Shown piece by piece: positions 53,801 to 62,241 of a DNA stretch of 64,000 nucleotides. The notes under the pieces were generated by a model. It was not told the origin of the DNA. It did no database searches and was given only the letters and a program-made list of their open reading frames with translations. Source of the stretch: a virus (lineage: Duplodnaviria; Caudoviricetes); IMG/VR virus record IMGVR_UViG_3300005512_000025, positions 1,863 to 65,862 of that record; one strand, written 5' to 3'. Every line of letters begins with the position of its first letter. Position 1 is the first letter of the stretch. The translations under genes and the position numbers were made by a program.

Positions 53801-54355
53801 TCACGACTCGATCAGCTGATGAGCTGCCTTGATCGGATCTGTGGCGCAGGTCCAGTAGGGACCCTCGTTGCGGCCGACGTAGTTCGACTGTTTGAGAGTG
53901 AACTCAGAGCTGCTCATGAGGGTCTGCCACTCGTCCCCGACCAGAATCAGCGGCCGTGGCTGCATGTGGTTGACCTGCAGCAGCTGAACCACCGTCAGGA
54001 TCTCCAACATGGTGCCGTAGCCGCCAGGCAGGGCAATGAACGCATCACACTGAGAGAACTGCTCCAGGCGGGTGAAGAAGTTTTGGTGGTGGGTGTCATG
54101 CTGAACGGCGGGGTTAGTCTCCGCCTCGAAGGGCAGGAAGATGCTGTACCCCAGAGAGCAGAGGCTGCCCTCGTCACAGACCTCCAGTGCGCCCTCGTTG
54201 CAGGCTTGCATCAAGCCAGGTCCACCGCCAGTGGCGATAGTCCAACCGACGGCGGAGAGAAGCCTTGCAGCCTGCTTGGACTGCTGGTAGATGGCAGAGT
54301 CAGGAGTCGGACGAGCCGACCCGAACATTGCGACTGTCTTGGTCATCACAAGCAC
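53801..54355 (-). CDS. LOG-family nucleotide phosphoribohydrolase
   Basis: FGSAR, TGGGPGLM, PGGYGTMLE, PLILV. Confidence 0.88.
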   Translation of the reverse strand: MLVMTKTVAMFGSARPTPDSAIYQQSKQAARLLSAVGWTIATGGGPGLMQACNEGALEVCDEGSLCSLGYSIFLPFEAETNPAVQHDTHHQNFFTRLEQFSQCDAFIALPGGYGTMLEILTVVQLLQVNHMQPRPLILVGDEWQTLMSSSEFTLKQSNYVGRNEGPYWTCATDPIKAAHQLIES

Positions 54356-55047
54356 CTCCCGTTGCCGCCTAGCTCACAGGTGGAGCCGTCCTTTTTGATG
54401 CCCAGGATGAAGCCGCGCTTCTCGACTGTAGCGACGATCTCAGCGTCCTCAAACTGGTCCAAGGCCTTCTTGGCTAGGATGTCTACGATCTCCTTCTCGG
54501 ACAGCTCTACGGGGCCTACAGAGGGGTCCCAGAGCACGTCTGCCTGATCCTCGGACCAGAAGTCTTCCCAGTCCTCGTCGGTCACCTCGATGTTAATAGT
54601 AGACGGTGGCCAGGCTTCCTTTTCGTCAATGCTTTGACCGTAGTAGGTTAGCACGTCGTCGTACTGGACGCCAGGACTGGTCAACAGGGTGCGAAGCCTT
54701 TTGATGTCAGGTGCCGAAAGGGAGCTGGTGTGAGACTTTACGTTGATGTCCAGGGCGTCACATGCTTCCAGGACGTCCCGATTATCCAGGCCCAGCTCAC
54801 GAGCCAACTCGTAGACCCTGAGAACACCAGATGGGCGCAGGGCGTCAAGAGAAGCGATTTCCCTATCCAGGTACCAGCGAGCTTTGCGCAGATCCTCAAG
54901 GATGTCCTTCTTGCGACCAGCACGACTGATGTATTTCACCGTGTTGGCCAGACGGAAGTTGAGCTCCCAGTCCTCGATGACGTCGATAGGCTCGAACTGA
55001 CGGCCTTCGGCGTAGTGGCTGGGGTTGTTGATTGGATCGTGGTTCAT
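54346..55047 (-). CDS. DUF3310 protein with an inserted IF2 N-terminal domain
   Basis: NNPSHY...KYISRAGRK..EDLRKARWYL, then LRVYELARELGLDNRDVLEACDALDINVKSHTSSLS. Confidence 0.8.
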   Translation of the reverse strand: MNHDPINNPSHYAEGRQFEPIDVIEDWELNFRLANTVKYISRAGRKKDILEDLRKARWYLDREIASLDALRPSGVLRVYELARELGLDNRDVLEACDALDINVKSHTSSLSAPDIKRLRTLLTSPGVQYDDVLTYYGQSIDEKEAWPPSTINIEVTDEDWEDFWSEDQADVLWDPSVGPVELSEKEIVDILAKKALDQFEDAEIVATVEKRGFILGIKKDGSTCELGGNGRCL

Positions 55048-55057
55048 GGGGGTCCTC

Positions 55058-55267
55058 CTAGATTTGTTTGATGTTGCGGGCGTCGAAACAGGTCCTGGAC
55101 CTGCTAGTGCCTCGATTCAGCCTAACAGAGCAATGGCGCTTTGTCGACTCGGTAACTGTTCCCTTCTCCCAGCCAGCGCCCATATAGATGCTGACGGGAG
55201 TGCCTCTACGAAAGACAGGCATAGGGGTGGATGGCCTGGAAAGCCGTTCCTGTTCAGTTTCTTTCAT
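55058..55267 (-). CDS. Small SH3/KOW-like protein
   Basis: FRRGTPVSIYMGAGWEKGTV. Confidence 0.55.
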   Translation of the reverse strand: MKETEQERLSRPSTPMPVFRRGTPVSIYMGAGWEKGTVTESTKRHCSVRLNRGTSRSRTCFDARNIKQI

Positions 55268-55497
55268 CGGCTCATCCTGTGCTGCTCGTTCAAGATGATT
55301 GCCTTGCCGTGTTCGTTCCAGACTGCGACAGCCTGCTCCCAGTTGAGGCCAGATGCGACTGTCTTGCGAGCCTTTTGATCATACACCTTGAAGGTGCCAG
55401 GGCGGTGATCGTCAATACCATTGGTGTTGATGTCGTTCTCAAGCTGAACCTGACGGCGCTGTGCGCGTTTCTTTTGTGCTCTACGTGGCATAATCAA
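55264..55497 (-). CDS. Hypothetical protein
   Basis: 77 aa, coupled. Confidence 0.6.
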   Translation of the reverse strand: MIMPRRAQKKRAQRRQVQLENDINTNGIDDHRPGTFKVYDQKARKTVASGLNWEQAVAVWNEHGKAIILNEQHRMSR

Positions 55498-55922
55498 ACT
55501 CCCTCCCTTTCTGCAATGTACGACTGCGGAAGGCTACCATTCGTGCCTGATACGGCGTTGATCACCTGTGGTAGGTGCTTGTCAGAGCTGTTGAGGACCC
55601 AGAGATCTGCTTTAGTGCTGTAACGCAGCAGGCCAGAGGCAACCATGTCACCTAGAACCTCCTCCACAAGCCACTCCAGGCGGGTTCTGTTATCCTCCTC
55701 GTCCAAATACTCCGACCAGCCACTGTAGAGCTCGCTATGGGCGCACATCGGGGTAATAGCTCCAACCACCTCACTCTTTCTGACTGCTCCACGGAACAAC
55801 AGGATTGACCAGACAAAAGGGCGGACGTCAGCTGTTGTCAGCTCTGGTGTTGAGTCGTACAGCAGGCCGAGGGTGCCTGGAGCAACTTCCGCTTCCTCGA
55901 TACGAAAACCAAACTGTGCCAT
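55494..55922 (-). CDS. Conserved cyanophage-type hypothetical protein (winged-helix-like)
   Basis: ADVRPFVWSILLFRGAV. Confidence 0.65.
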   Translation of the reverse strand: MAQFGFRIEEAEVAPGTLGLLYDSTPELTTADVRPFVWSILLFRGAVRKSEVVGAITPMCAHSELYSGWSEYLDEEDNRTRLEWLVEEVLGDMVASGLLRYSTKADLWVLNSSDKHLPQVINAVSGTNGSLPQSYIAEREGV

Positions 55923-56028
55923 GGATACCTCCTTGGTTAACTGAGTTCAGCATAACACCAAAAAAGCCCAGGCGCAAGGCCCAGGCTTCTAAGGTCGTTC
56001 GGTTGGAAGGGGTGAACTATGTTACCGA

Positions 56029-56382
56029 TCAGAAGAGGTCAGTACCGCCTGATGCAGGAGTGTCCTTACGACCTTCCAGGAACGTGACTCTGGCGTTCTT
56101 GACGTCCAGATACGTCTTGTCGTTGTAGTCGCGCTGAACCAGTTGACCATGCACTGCGACACGATCACCACGCTCGAGGCGATCTGCCACGATCTCGGCA
56201 CCCTTGCCAGTCACTTCCACACTGTAGAACTGACCTTTCTTGTCTTCGTCCTTTGAGTAGAAGTACTCGGAGTCGACCATGCTGAACTTGGCGATTTTGC
56301 CGCCATTGCCGAATTCGCGAACTGTGACAGCAGGAGTGCCCTGTTTGCCAGTCACTTTTCCGCCGAGAGAGATTGAAGCCAT
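56029..56382 (-). CDS. ssb: Single-stranded DNA-binding protein
   Basis: OB-fold pattern, RLERGDRVAVHGQL, acidic C-terminal DLF. Confidence 0.85.
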   Translation of the reverse strand: MASISLGGKVTGKQGTPAVTVREFGNGGKIAKFSMVDSEYFYSKDEDKKGQFYSVEVTGKGAEIVADRLERGDRVAVHGQLVQRDYNDKTYLDVKNARVTFLEGRKDTPASGGTDLF

Positions 56383-56439
56383 TTTCGTGTCCTCGTTGAG
56401 GGTTTACAGTTTTGTGTGGTCCGACCACACTTCATTCTA

Positions 56440-57276
56440 TCAGCCGTGAGCGACCTTATGCCGCATAGTGCGGACAGCCTCCTGGTACAGGTTCTGACAG
56501 TGCTTGGGGCTGAGGGACAGCTTGCTGGCGACGATAGACATGCGGCCACGCTTGGTGTAGTTGCGCACAATCTCCTGAGTGCGGGGCTTGATACCGCAAT
56601 CGTTCATTAGCTGGTCGAGCTCGGCAGATGCTTTGACGCTCTCACCCTGCTTGTTGTGATACAAGCTGTTGTCGTTGCCCATCAGGTCGGCCAGAGTGCT
56701 GCCGTCCTCATCATCCAAGCGAACGTCAATAGAGCTGACGGAGCCACAGCGATTGGCGGCATTGATGCATTCCTCGCTGACAGTGCGGCTCTTGGACTTA
56801 CTGGGCTTGCCGTTGCGCTTACGGTACAGCACCTCGGTCATCGTGCCCTCAGGTACATAGATGGCACGGTCGTGACTGTTGTGCCAGCGGGTGAAGGCCT
56901 GGTAGATCCAGGGGTGGGCGTAAGTAGAGAAGGCAAAACCACGGGCACCGTCGTACTTCTCAGCAGCACGTCGCAGGCCGATGTAACCCTGCTGGAGCAG
57001 GTCAGAGATAACCTCGCTGCTCATGGTAAAGCCTATGCGCTTGTTAATGTACTTGCGCACCACATTGGGTACGAGGCGCAGGTTGTGCTCACTGATCTTG
57101 TTGATCACCTTGATGTAGGCGCGGGAGCCAGGCTCCAGGGTGTCGCGCTTCTTGGCGAGTCGGATCATTTCGGACTTGGGCAGGAGAGGGAAACGTCCTG
57201 CTGCGTTGAGCCATGCCTGGATTGGGTCGTTAGTCATTTCGGGTCCTCGTTGAGGTGGATGAATTAAGTATGCCAT
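56440..57276 (-). CDS. RNA polymerase sigma factor, RpoD/RpoS-like
   Basis: HNLRLV, DLLQQGYIGLRRAAEKYD..RGFAFSTYAHPWIYQA; likely start MTNDP. Confidence 0.9.
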   Translation of the reverse strand: MAYLIHPPQRGPEMTNDPIQAWLNAAGRFPLLPKSEMIRLAKKRDTLEPGSRAYIKVINKISEHNLRLVPNVVRKYINKRIGFTMSSEVISDLLQQGYIGLRRAAEKYDGARGFAFSTYAHPWIYQAFTRWHNSHDRAIYVPEGTMTEVLYRKRNGKPSKSKSRTVSEECINAANRCGSVSSIDVRLDDEDGSTLADLMGNDNSLYHNKQGESVKASAELDQLMNDCGIKPRTQEIVRNYTKRGRMSIVASKLSLSPKHCQNLYQEAVRTMRHKVAHG

Positions 57277-57333
57277 AAAAAGGGACCCTACGCAATGAGG
57301 GTCCCCTTAAAGAAATCTATAAATCCGCTGAGA

Positions 57334-58032
57334 TCACCACTGCTCTGGGCTGGCTTCTTCTTTGGGGCCGTACTTGGCGTTGAGTTCCTCTGCGGTTTTG
57401 CCGTTGAGGACGCCGAGGCCTTTCTCGAAGTCGCCGCCGAGCTTGTCACTAACGATGCCGACGAGGGTGTCGATGGCAACGGTGTGGACGCCTTTTTCGA
57501 GGGCAGCTTCGCGAAACGTGGCCTCAGATGCCTTGGCAACCTCCGCAGAGGGGGCCTGTGCTGGAGTAGCGGTAGCCGCGGCCTTTGGGGCTGCCTTGGG
57601 TGCCTCCTCGCTTGCAGGAGCGTTGTAACCAGATTCCATCGGCATCTTGGCCCACAGCTCGTATGCCAAGCCAAAGGTCATGGCAGCAGCCATGCACATT
57701 CCGCGACGCTGGGTGTCAGAGATGTCACGGGCAGTGATCTTCTCCAGGGCGATCGCTTTATTGCGGTTGTCCATTACGGCCTGAGGTAGCGCAGGAGTCA
57801 CGGTGCCGTCAACGTGCTTAAAGCGAATCATCAGGTAGCCGCCGACAGGAGCCTCGTGCAGCAGCTTGCCGTCTGTAGTTGGCTCGTAGTCCACCATCCA
57901 GCCAGGGGCATGGGTGCGGAGCAGGTTCATGGTGCGTGACCAGTTGATGTAGGCAGCCGCAAATGAGCCAGTGCCAATCTTTTCAACCAGGTCCTTTGAG
58001 GCTACGCCTGCGAGGTTGGGGAGCGTTGTCAT
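57334..58032 (-). CDS. Single-strand annealing recombinase (Sak3/DUF1071-like)
   Basis: AYINWS, VMDNRNKAI, RDISDTQRR, FGLAYELWA. Confidence 0.8.
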   Translation of the reverse strand: MTTLPNLAGVASKDLVEKIGTGSFAAAYINWSRTMNLLRTHAPGWMVDYEPTTDGKLLHEAPVGGYLMIRFKHVDGTVTPALPQAVMDNRNKAIALEKITARDISDTQRRGMCMAAAMTFGLAYELWAKMPMESGYNAPASEEAPKAAPKAAATATPAQAPSAEVAKASEATFREAALEKGVHTVAIDTLVGIVSDKLGGDFEKGLGVLNGKTAEELNAKYGPKEEASPEQW

Positions 58033-58152
58033 TTCGTGTCCTCAGGGAGGTTTACAGGATTCAGTCTATCAGCTTCCTGCTGGTATGGCAACTCCCTGCC
58101 AGTCTTTAGATCCCAGGCTTGACGGACAACAGGCCACAGCCATTCATCGTGG

Positions 58153-58464
58153 TTAGTTGAGCACGCCTGCCAGTTCGGTGGCTGCAGACACGGAACGATC
58201 AGCCCGCTCCACACGGCTTGAAGCTGCAGCAGAAGGACGAGCAAGCTTTGCGGCATGGGGTGCAAGGGCGATGACGTTGACGGTCGAGAAGAACACACTC
58301 AGGACGATCATGTCCCAGGCGCGATGCTTCAGGGCAAACGGGATGAGGAGGATTTGTCCGACGAGGTTGAGGCTGGCACCAGTGGCCACCATGCCAGACA
58401 CCAGGGAGATGTAGCTGATTGGTGCAAGAGCTGACGCAGCCAGGCGACAACGGTTTGGAGACAT
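58153..58464 (-). CDS. Small multi-pass membrane protein
   Basis: GQILLIPFALKHRAWDMIVLSVFF; paralog of 2587-2895. Confidence 0.6.
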   Translation of the reverse strand: MSPNRCRLAASALAPISYISLVSGMVATGASLNLVGQILLIPFALKHRAWDMIVLSVFFSTVNVIALAPHAAKLARPSAAASSRVERADRSVSAATELAGVLN

Positions 58465-58491
58465 CGAGGGGGCTCGGGGTTAGTCATGTCT

Positions 58492-58782
58492 TCAGTCTAC
58501 GTCTTCCCCTCGGCGCTTTGCCCTGTCCCTGGCGACCTCTCTGGACTTCTTCCACAACTTGTAATCATGCGGGTTGTCCTTGACCCAGTGGTACCGAAAA
58601 ACCTCAAGGTGCCATCGAGCGCCCAGGACACCGCCAAGCATCTTCCAGGCCTTGATCGCTTTGTCCTCATGCCACAGGTAGAACCTGCCAAGAGCCTTGC
58701 CATGCTCCTCGTACTCCTTCCGCAGCTTGGGGCACTGCGTGAAGCCTGGTGGTGGTGTGAATCGTCTTTTCCGTCCAGCCAT
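58492..58782 (-). CDS. Basic hypothetical protein
   Basis: MAGRKRRFTPPPGF..., 96 aa. Confidence 0.55.
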   Translation of the reverse strand: MAGRKRRFTPPPGFTQCPKLRKEYEEHGKALGRFYLWHEDKAIKAWKMLGGVLGARWHLEVFRYHWVKDNPHDYKLWKKSREVARDRAKRRGEDVD

Positions 58783-58821
58783 GTCTTTTCCCTTCTTAAG
58801 GAAGTTCTTGAGAAAGTTCTC

Positions 58822-58912
58822 TATATATAGATGTACCGTAGGCAAACGACGCACGATCCGTAGTTTAATGACGCACGATCCGACGGCAAACTACGCGTAC
58901 TTTAACGTCGCA
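58822..58912. other. Putative replication origin, copy B
   Basis: AT-rich block, 13-nt direct repeats GACGCACGATCCG at 58848 and 58870, directly upstream of the initiator gene. Confidence 0.55.
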
Positions 58913-58951
58913 TGTGCTAGTATGATTCCAACGCCACCCCACGGAGGTTCC

Positions 58952-59806
58952 ATGAGATTCATCCCAACCAGGGCCAACACGGCCTTCACCAAGGTCCCCC
59001 ATTCAATCACTTTCAGCGACCTGCTCACCCCTCACCAAAAGCTGGTTTGGATCATGCTGGACGCGAACTGCTACAACCAGGAGACGGAAGTAGGTAGCGC
59101 GACCCAGTTGGCAGAAAAGCTGGGCCTACCAGCTCGCGGGCTCCAGCGCACGATCAAGGAGCTGATCGAGATGGGCTTCATTACCAAGAAGGGCAGGGTC
59201 CACTCCCTGGAGACTGAGCCAAAGGAAGAGGCGGAGTCGACCCTCGAGCGGAAGGAGCGTCGAATGACTGGAGACGAAAAGTTGCGCCTGGAGCTCAGGG
59301 ACATCTGGAACAAGTACAAGCCCAAGAATGCTCCGTCCATGCGGAACTTTACTCCTGAGCGCTTGAAAACGCTGCGCGTCTACGTTGAGCGGTTCAACGC
59401 TGATGAACAGGTCGTACTCCGCAGAGTGTGCGACGGTTCTAACGCCGACGAATTCCGCAAAGACAAGTCCTGGGACTTTGTCAACATCTTCGGCGACGGA
59501 GAGCCTACCGAAGAGAAGCAAGGCAAGGTGGAAAAGGTTTACAACCTGGGCTGTTCTGGGAAAGGACGTGCTGCTGTTTTCGACCACAAGGACGACCAGT
59601 GCTGGCTCGATTGGTTCCACGCCAAGGGCCACAAGGACAAGGTCGAGGTTGTTCGCCTGGAAATGGATCGCAGCGATGCCTGGAATCACGACATGGACAA
59701 CGAAGGAGATGGCACTATCTACATTTACACACAGGGTGAACGCCTGGTACACTGGACGGACAAGGAGAGAAGCGTCGGCGTCTCCTACCTCCCCACCGCC
59801 AAGTAA
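58952..59806 (+). CDS. Replication initiator (HTH protein)
   Basis: AFTKVPHSI...LTPHQKLVWIML...LAEKLGL...IKELIEMGFI winged helix; GGAGG SD; directly upstream of the helicase. Confidence 0.75.
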   Translation: MRFIPTRANTAFTKVPHSITFSDLLTPHQKLVWIMLDANCYNQETEVGSATQLAEKLGLPARGLQRTIKELIEMGFITKKGRVHSLETEPKEEAESTLERKERRMTGDEKLRLELRDIWNKYKPKNAPSMRNFTPERLKTLRVYVERFNADEQVVLRRVCDGSNADEFRKDKSWDFVNIFGDGEPTEEKQGKVEKVYNLGCSGKGRAAVFDHKDDQCWLDWFHAKGHKDKVEVVRLEMDRSDAWNHDMDNEGDGTIYIYTQGERLVHWTDKERSVGVSYLPTAK

Positions 59807-59809
59807 GCC

Positions 59810-61504
59810 ATGACATTCCCCAAGCACATCCAAAACGCAGTCGATCTCGGACTGCTCACTGCCGAAGATGGCAAGGTCACAGGAGTAGGCACCGAAGAGG
59901 TCAAGTCGGTATTCGGCTTGGCCCGCCTGGTCGAGAAGATCCAGCCCACTACGAAGTTCGAGGGCGACGACACCACCCAGCAGGAAGGCATCGTCCTTTG
60001 CCGTGTGCTAACCAGTCCGTCTGGTGTAGCCCGTGAACTGTGGTCAGACCTCCGCATCGCTGTTGGTGTGGGCCACGGCCAGGCTTTGCCTCGTCAGCTG
60101 TGGTCTACTGACGTGTTCCGTGCCATCGGTGGCCTGATTGACCGCGTCTTCAATGGCGAAGCCGACGGAACGGAGCTGATCAGCAAGGACTCCTTGATCC
60201 GCGCATTCTCCCTCAACAGCGGCCAGTACTGCAGCAAGCTTGAGTTCGAGATGACGGTCAACGACCTGTCTGATCCCGAGATGATGGACAAGTACGGCGA
60301 TGCCGAGTCCGAGTGGGGTGTCGCGCTTGACCTCCTCCGCCAAGCACGCGCTCGTGCAAACTTCATGGAGGCCCAGCACGCTGCAGGCCAGGCAATCCGC
60401 TCTGACTCCAAGCTAGTCAAGGCCATCGAAGCCCAGCAAGAAGAGCTCATGCGCTGTCTCGGTATGCTCCGTGGCTCTGTGGGCAACGAAGGTAATGCCA
60501 CTGACGCAGTGGAAGACCTGCTGGCACCCAAGAATGGTGGCAAGTCGTTCATCGACTCGATCATGGAAGCCCGTGACCAGGTGCCCCCAGTCAGCACTGG
60601 AATGCCAGCCATGGACATCGACATGGAGGGCGGTGTCCGCCCCGTAGGACAAGCCGCTGGTGGCCGACTGTTTACGTTAGCTGCACGTACTGGTGTCGGC
60701 AAAACCGTCCTGGGCGTCTATGCTGCGGTCAACCTGGCAGTAGGTGGCCTCAAGGTCGGCTTCATCTCTGCAGAGCTTGACAAGCACGCCATTTACGCAC
60801 GGATCTGGGCTGCAGCAACCAGAGTCGCAAACCCGAACACTAACTGGGCAGAGGTGGGTGACATCGAATCTCCCAACCATAATCGCGACAAGGTCTCGGC
60901 CAACCTGGTAATGGCAGCTGGCAAGATCCAGGAGAATGGCGGCAAGCTGTTGATCGAGGATCCGTGGGGTGCTGACGTCGACTCAGTGATCAACTCACTC
61001 CGCTCGATGAAGGCTAAGAACCCTGACCTGCGCTGTGCGGTGGTTGACCACTTCCACGTCCTTGCCCGCCACAAAGGTGCTCCGACCTCTGACGCTGCCA
61101 TGCTGGAAGATCGTGCTTACAAGCTCATGAACTGTGCCAAGCAGTTGGAGATCGATCTGATCGTACTGGCACAAATGAACCGTGTTGGCATGGACTCCGT
61201 CGGAAAGAAAGAAGCTCCGACCCTGGATCAGATCCGAGGTACTGACGCCCTTTCCCACGTCAGTCACGCTGTCTGGATTGTCCGCAAGGAGATCGAGCGA
61301 GAGGATGCTGAGGACAAGTGGACTGGTGGCCTGGAATTCTGGCACGCTAAGACCCGCGGCCGCCAAGCACGCTGGACTGGCTCCAAGGTAGAGGGCATCG
61401 GCGGCTTCCTTGATAAGTCCATCCTAAAAATGGACTATGCCCACAGCTCAGTCAGGGATGATGAGACAAAGGCGCTCATTGACATGAAATTCAGGAAACG
61501 GTAA
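59810..61504 (+). CDS. dnaB: DnaB-like replicative helicase
   Basis: AARTGVGKT, FISAE, VVDHFHV, LAQMNR, DQIRGTD. Confidence 0.92.
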   Translation: MTFPKHIQNAVDLGLLTAEDGKVTGVGTEEVKSVFGLARLVEKIQPTTKFEGDDTTQQEGIVLCRVLTSPSGVARELWSDLRIAVGVGHGQALPRQLWSTDVFRAIGGLIDRVFNGEADGTELISKDSLIRAFSLNSGQYCSKLEFEMTVNDLSDPEMMDKYGDAESEWGVALDLLRQARARANFMEAQHAAGQAIRSDSKLVKAIEAQQEELMRCLGMLRGSVGNEGNATDAVEDLLAPKNGGKSFIDSIMEARDQVPPVSTGMPAMDIDMEGGVRPVGQAAGGRLFTLAARTGVGKTVLGVYAAVNLAVGGLKVGFISAELDKHAIYARIWAAATRVANPNTNWAEVGDIESPNHNRDKVSANLVMAAGKIQENGGKLLIEDPWGADVDSVINSLRSMKAKNPDLRCAVVDHFHVLARHKGAPTSDAAMLEDRAYKLMNCAKQLEIDLIVLAQMNRVGMDSVGKKEAPTLDQIRGTDALSHVSHAVWIVRKEIEREDAEDKWTGGLEFWHAKTRGRQARWTGSKVEGIGGFLDKSILKMDYAHSSVRDDETKALIDMKFRKR

Positions 61505-61526
61505 ACTGGAGTATCACGAGGACGTC

Positions 61527-61934
61527 ATGAGAAAGCTGTTGTTCCAAGCCATCAGTGCTAGCTTCGGCACCGCCATTATCGTGGTCCAGTGGTCTTCAAC
61601 CTTGGTGCTGAAGATTTTGGGCACCACGGGGCATTGGCTGCTAAGGCTCGTGGACTCTAGTCGAGTGGCATTGTACGACTCGATCAACGATCAAGACGAC
61701 CAGCCGAACGAGCTGGAAGTGCAGAACATGGAACTGCGGCTACTCGCCAGCGCAGTCCAGGTAAGGGACCATGCAAAAGAAACCGATGACTGGACAGACA
61801 GGCACACCGAAGCTCTGAACGCCGTAGGCGACGCCCTGATCGTCGAGGCTGGCTGGGAAGAGGACGCTGTTCATCAGTACCTCCGAGGCCTTGTTGAATC
61901 CATCGATGGTCTGGAGTACGACACCGAAGACTGA
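61527..61934 (+). CDS. Hypothetical protein
   Basis: 135 aa, hydrophobic N-terminus, acidic C-terminus. Confidence 0.65.
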   Translation: MRKLLFQAISASFGTAIIVVQWSSTLVLKILGTTGHWLLRLVDSSRVALYDSINDQDDQPNELEVQNMELRLLASAVQVRDHAKETDDWTDRHTEALNAVGDALIVEAGWEEDAVHQYLRGLVESIDGLEYDTED

Positions 61935-61977
61935 TAGAATAACAAAGAGGCCGTGGGGGCTTCGGGGAACAAAGATC

Positions 61978-62000
61978 AAGGGGGCTTCGGCCCCCTTTTT
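61978..62000. terminator. Terminator between convergent genes
   Basis: AAGGGGGC-TTCG-GCCCCCTTTTT. Confidence 0.75.
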
Positions 62001-62006
62001 CAATGC

Positions 62007-62216
62007 TCAGATTTCGCCACGTTCTACAGCTGCCTTGATCCCAGACATCTTAAGGAACAGGCCAACAGTAGGCCCTTCACGAAAGATTGGGCGACAGTAG
62101 ATCATGATCTCACCGTCTTCGCGCAGGTGTTGGGTGGGAGGGATTGCGGCCCCAGTAGAGCGGAGGGTTCCGCGATCCCACATATAGCCAGGTAACCAAG
62201 AAAGAACGACTTGCAC
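62007..62216 (-). CDS. Hypothetical protein
   Basis: 69 aa downstream of the endolysin. Confidence 0.45.
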   Translation of the reverse strand: MQVVLSWLPGYMWDRGTLRSTGAAIPPTQHLREDGEIMIYCRPIFREGPTVGLFLKMSGIKAAVERGEI

Positions 62217-62241
62217 CGTTTTGAGTAATTCTGCGGGTAGG

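Noticed and set aside
58029-58298. 89-aa ORF between the membrane gene and the recombinase
   Set aside because: Mostly overlaps 58153-58464 in another frame, has no convincing start and contains the promoter-like motif for the next gene; left unannotated though its C-terminus could be coding.
58697-58951. Extended N-termini of ORFs 58697-59806 and 58492-58854
   Set aside because: They run across the origin-like repeats; better starts are ATG 58952 (with GGAGG) and ATG 58782.
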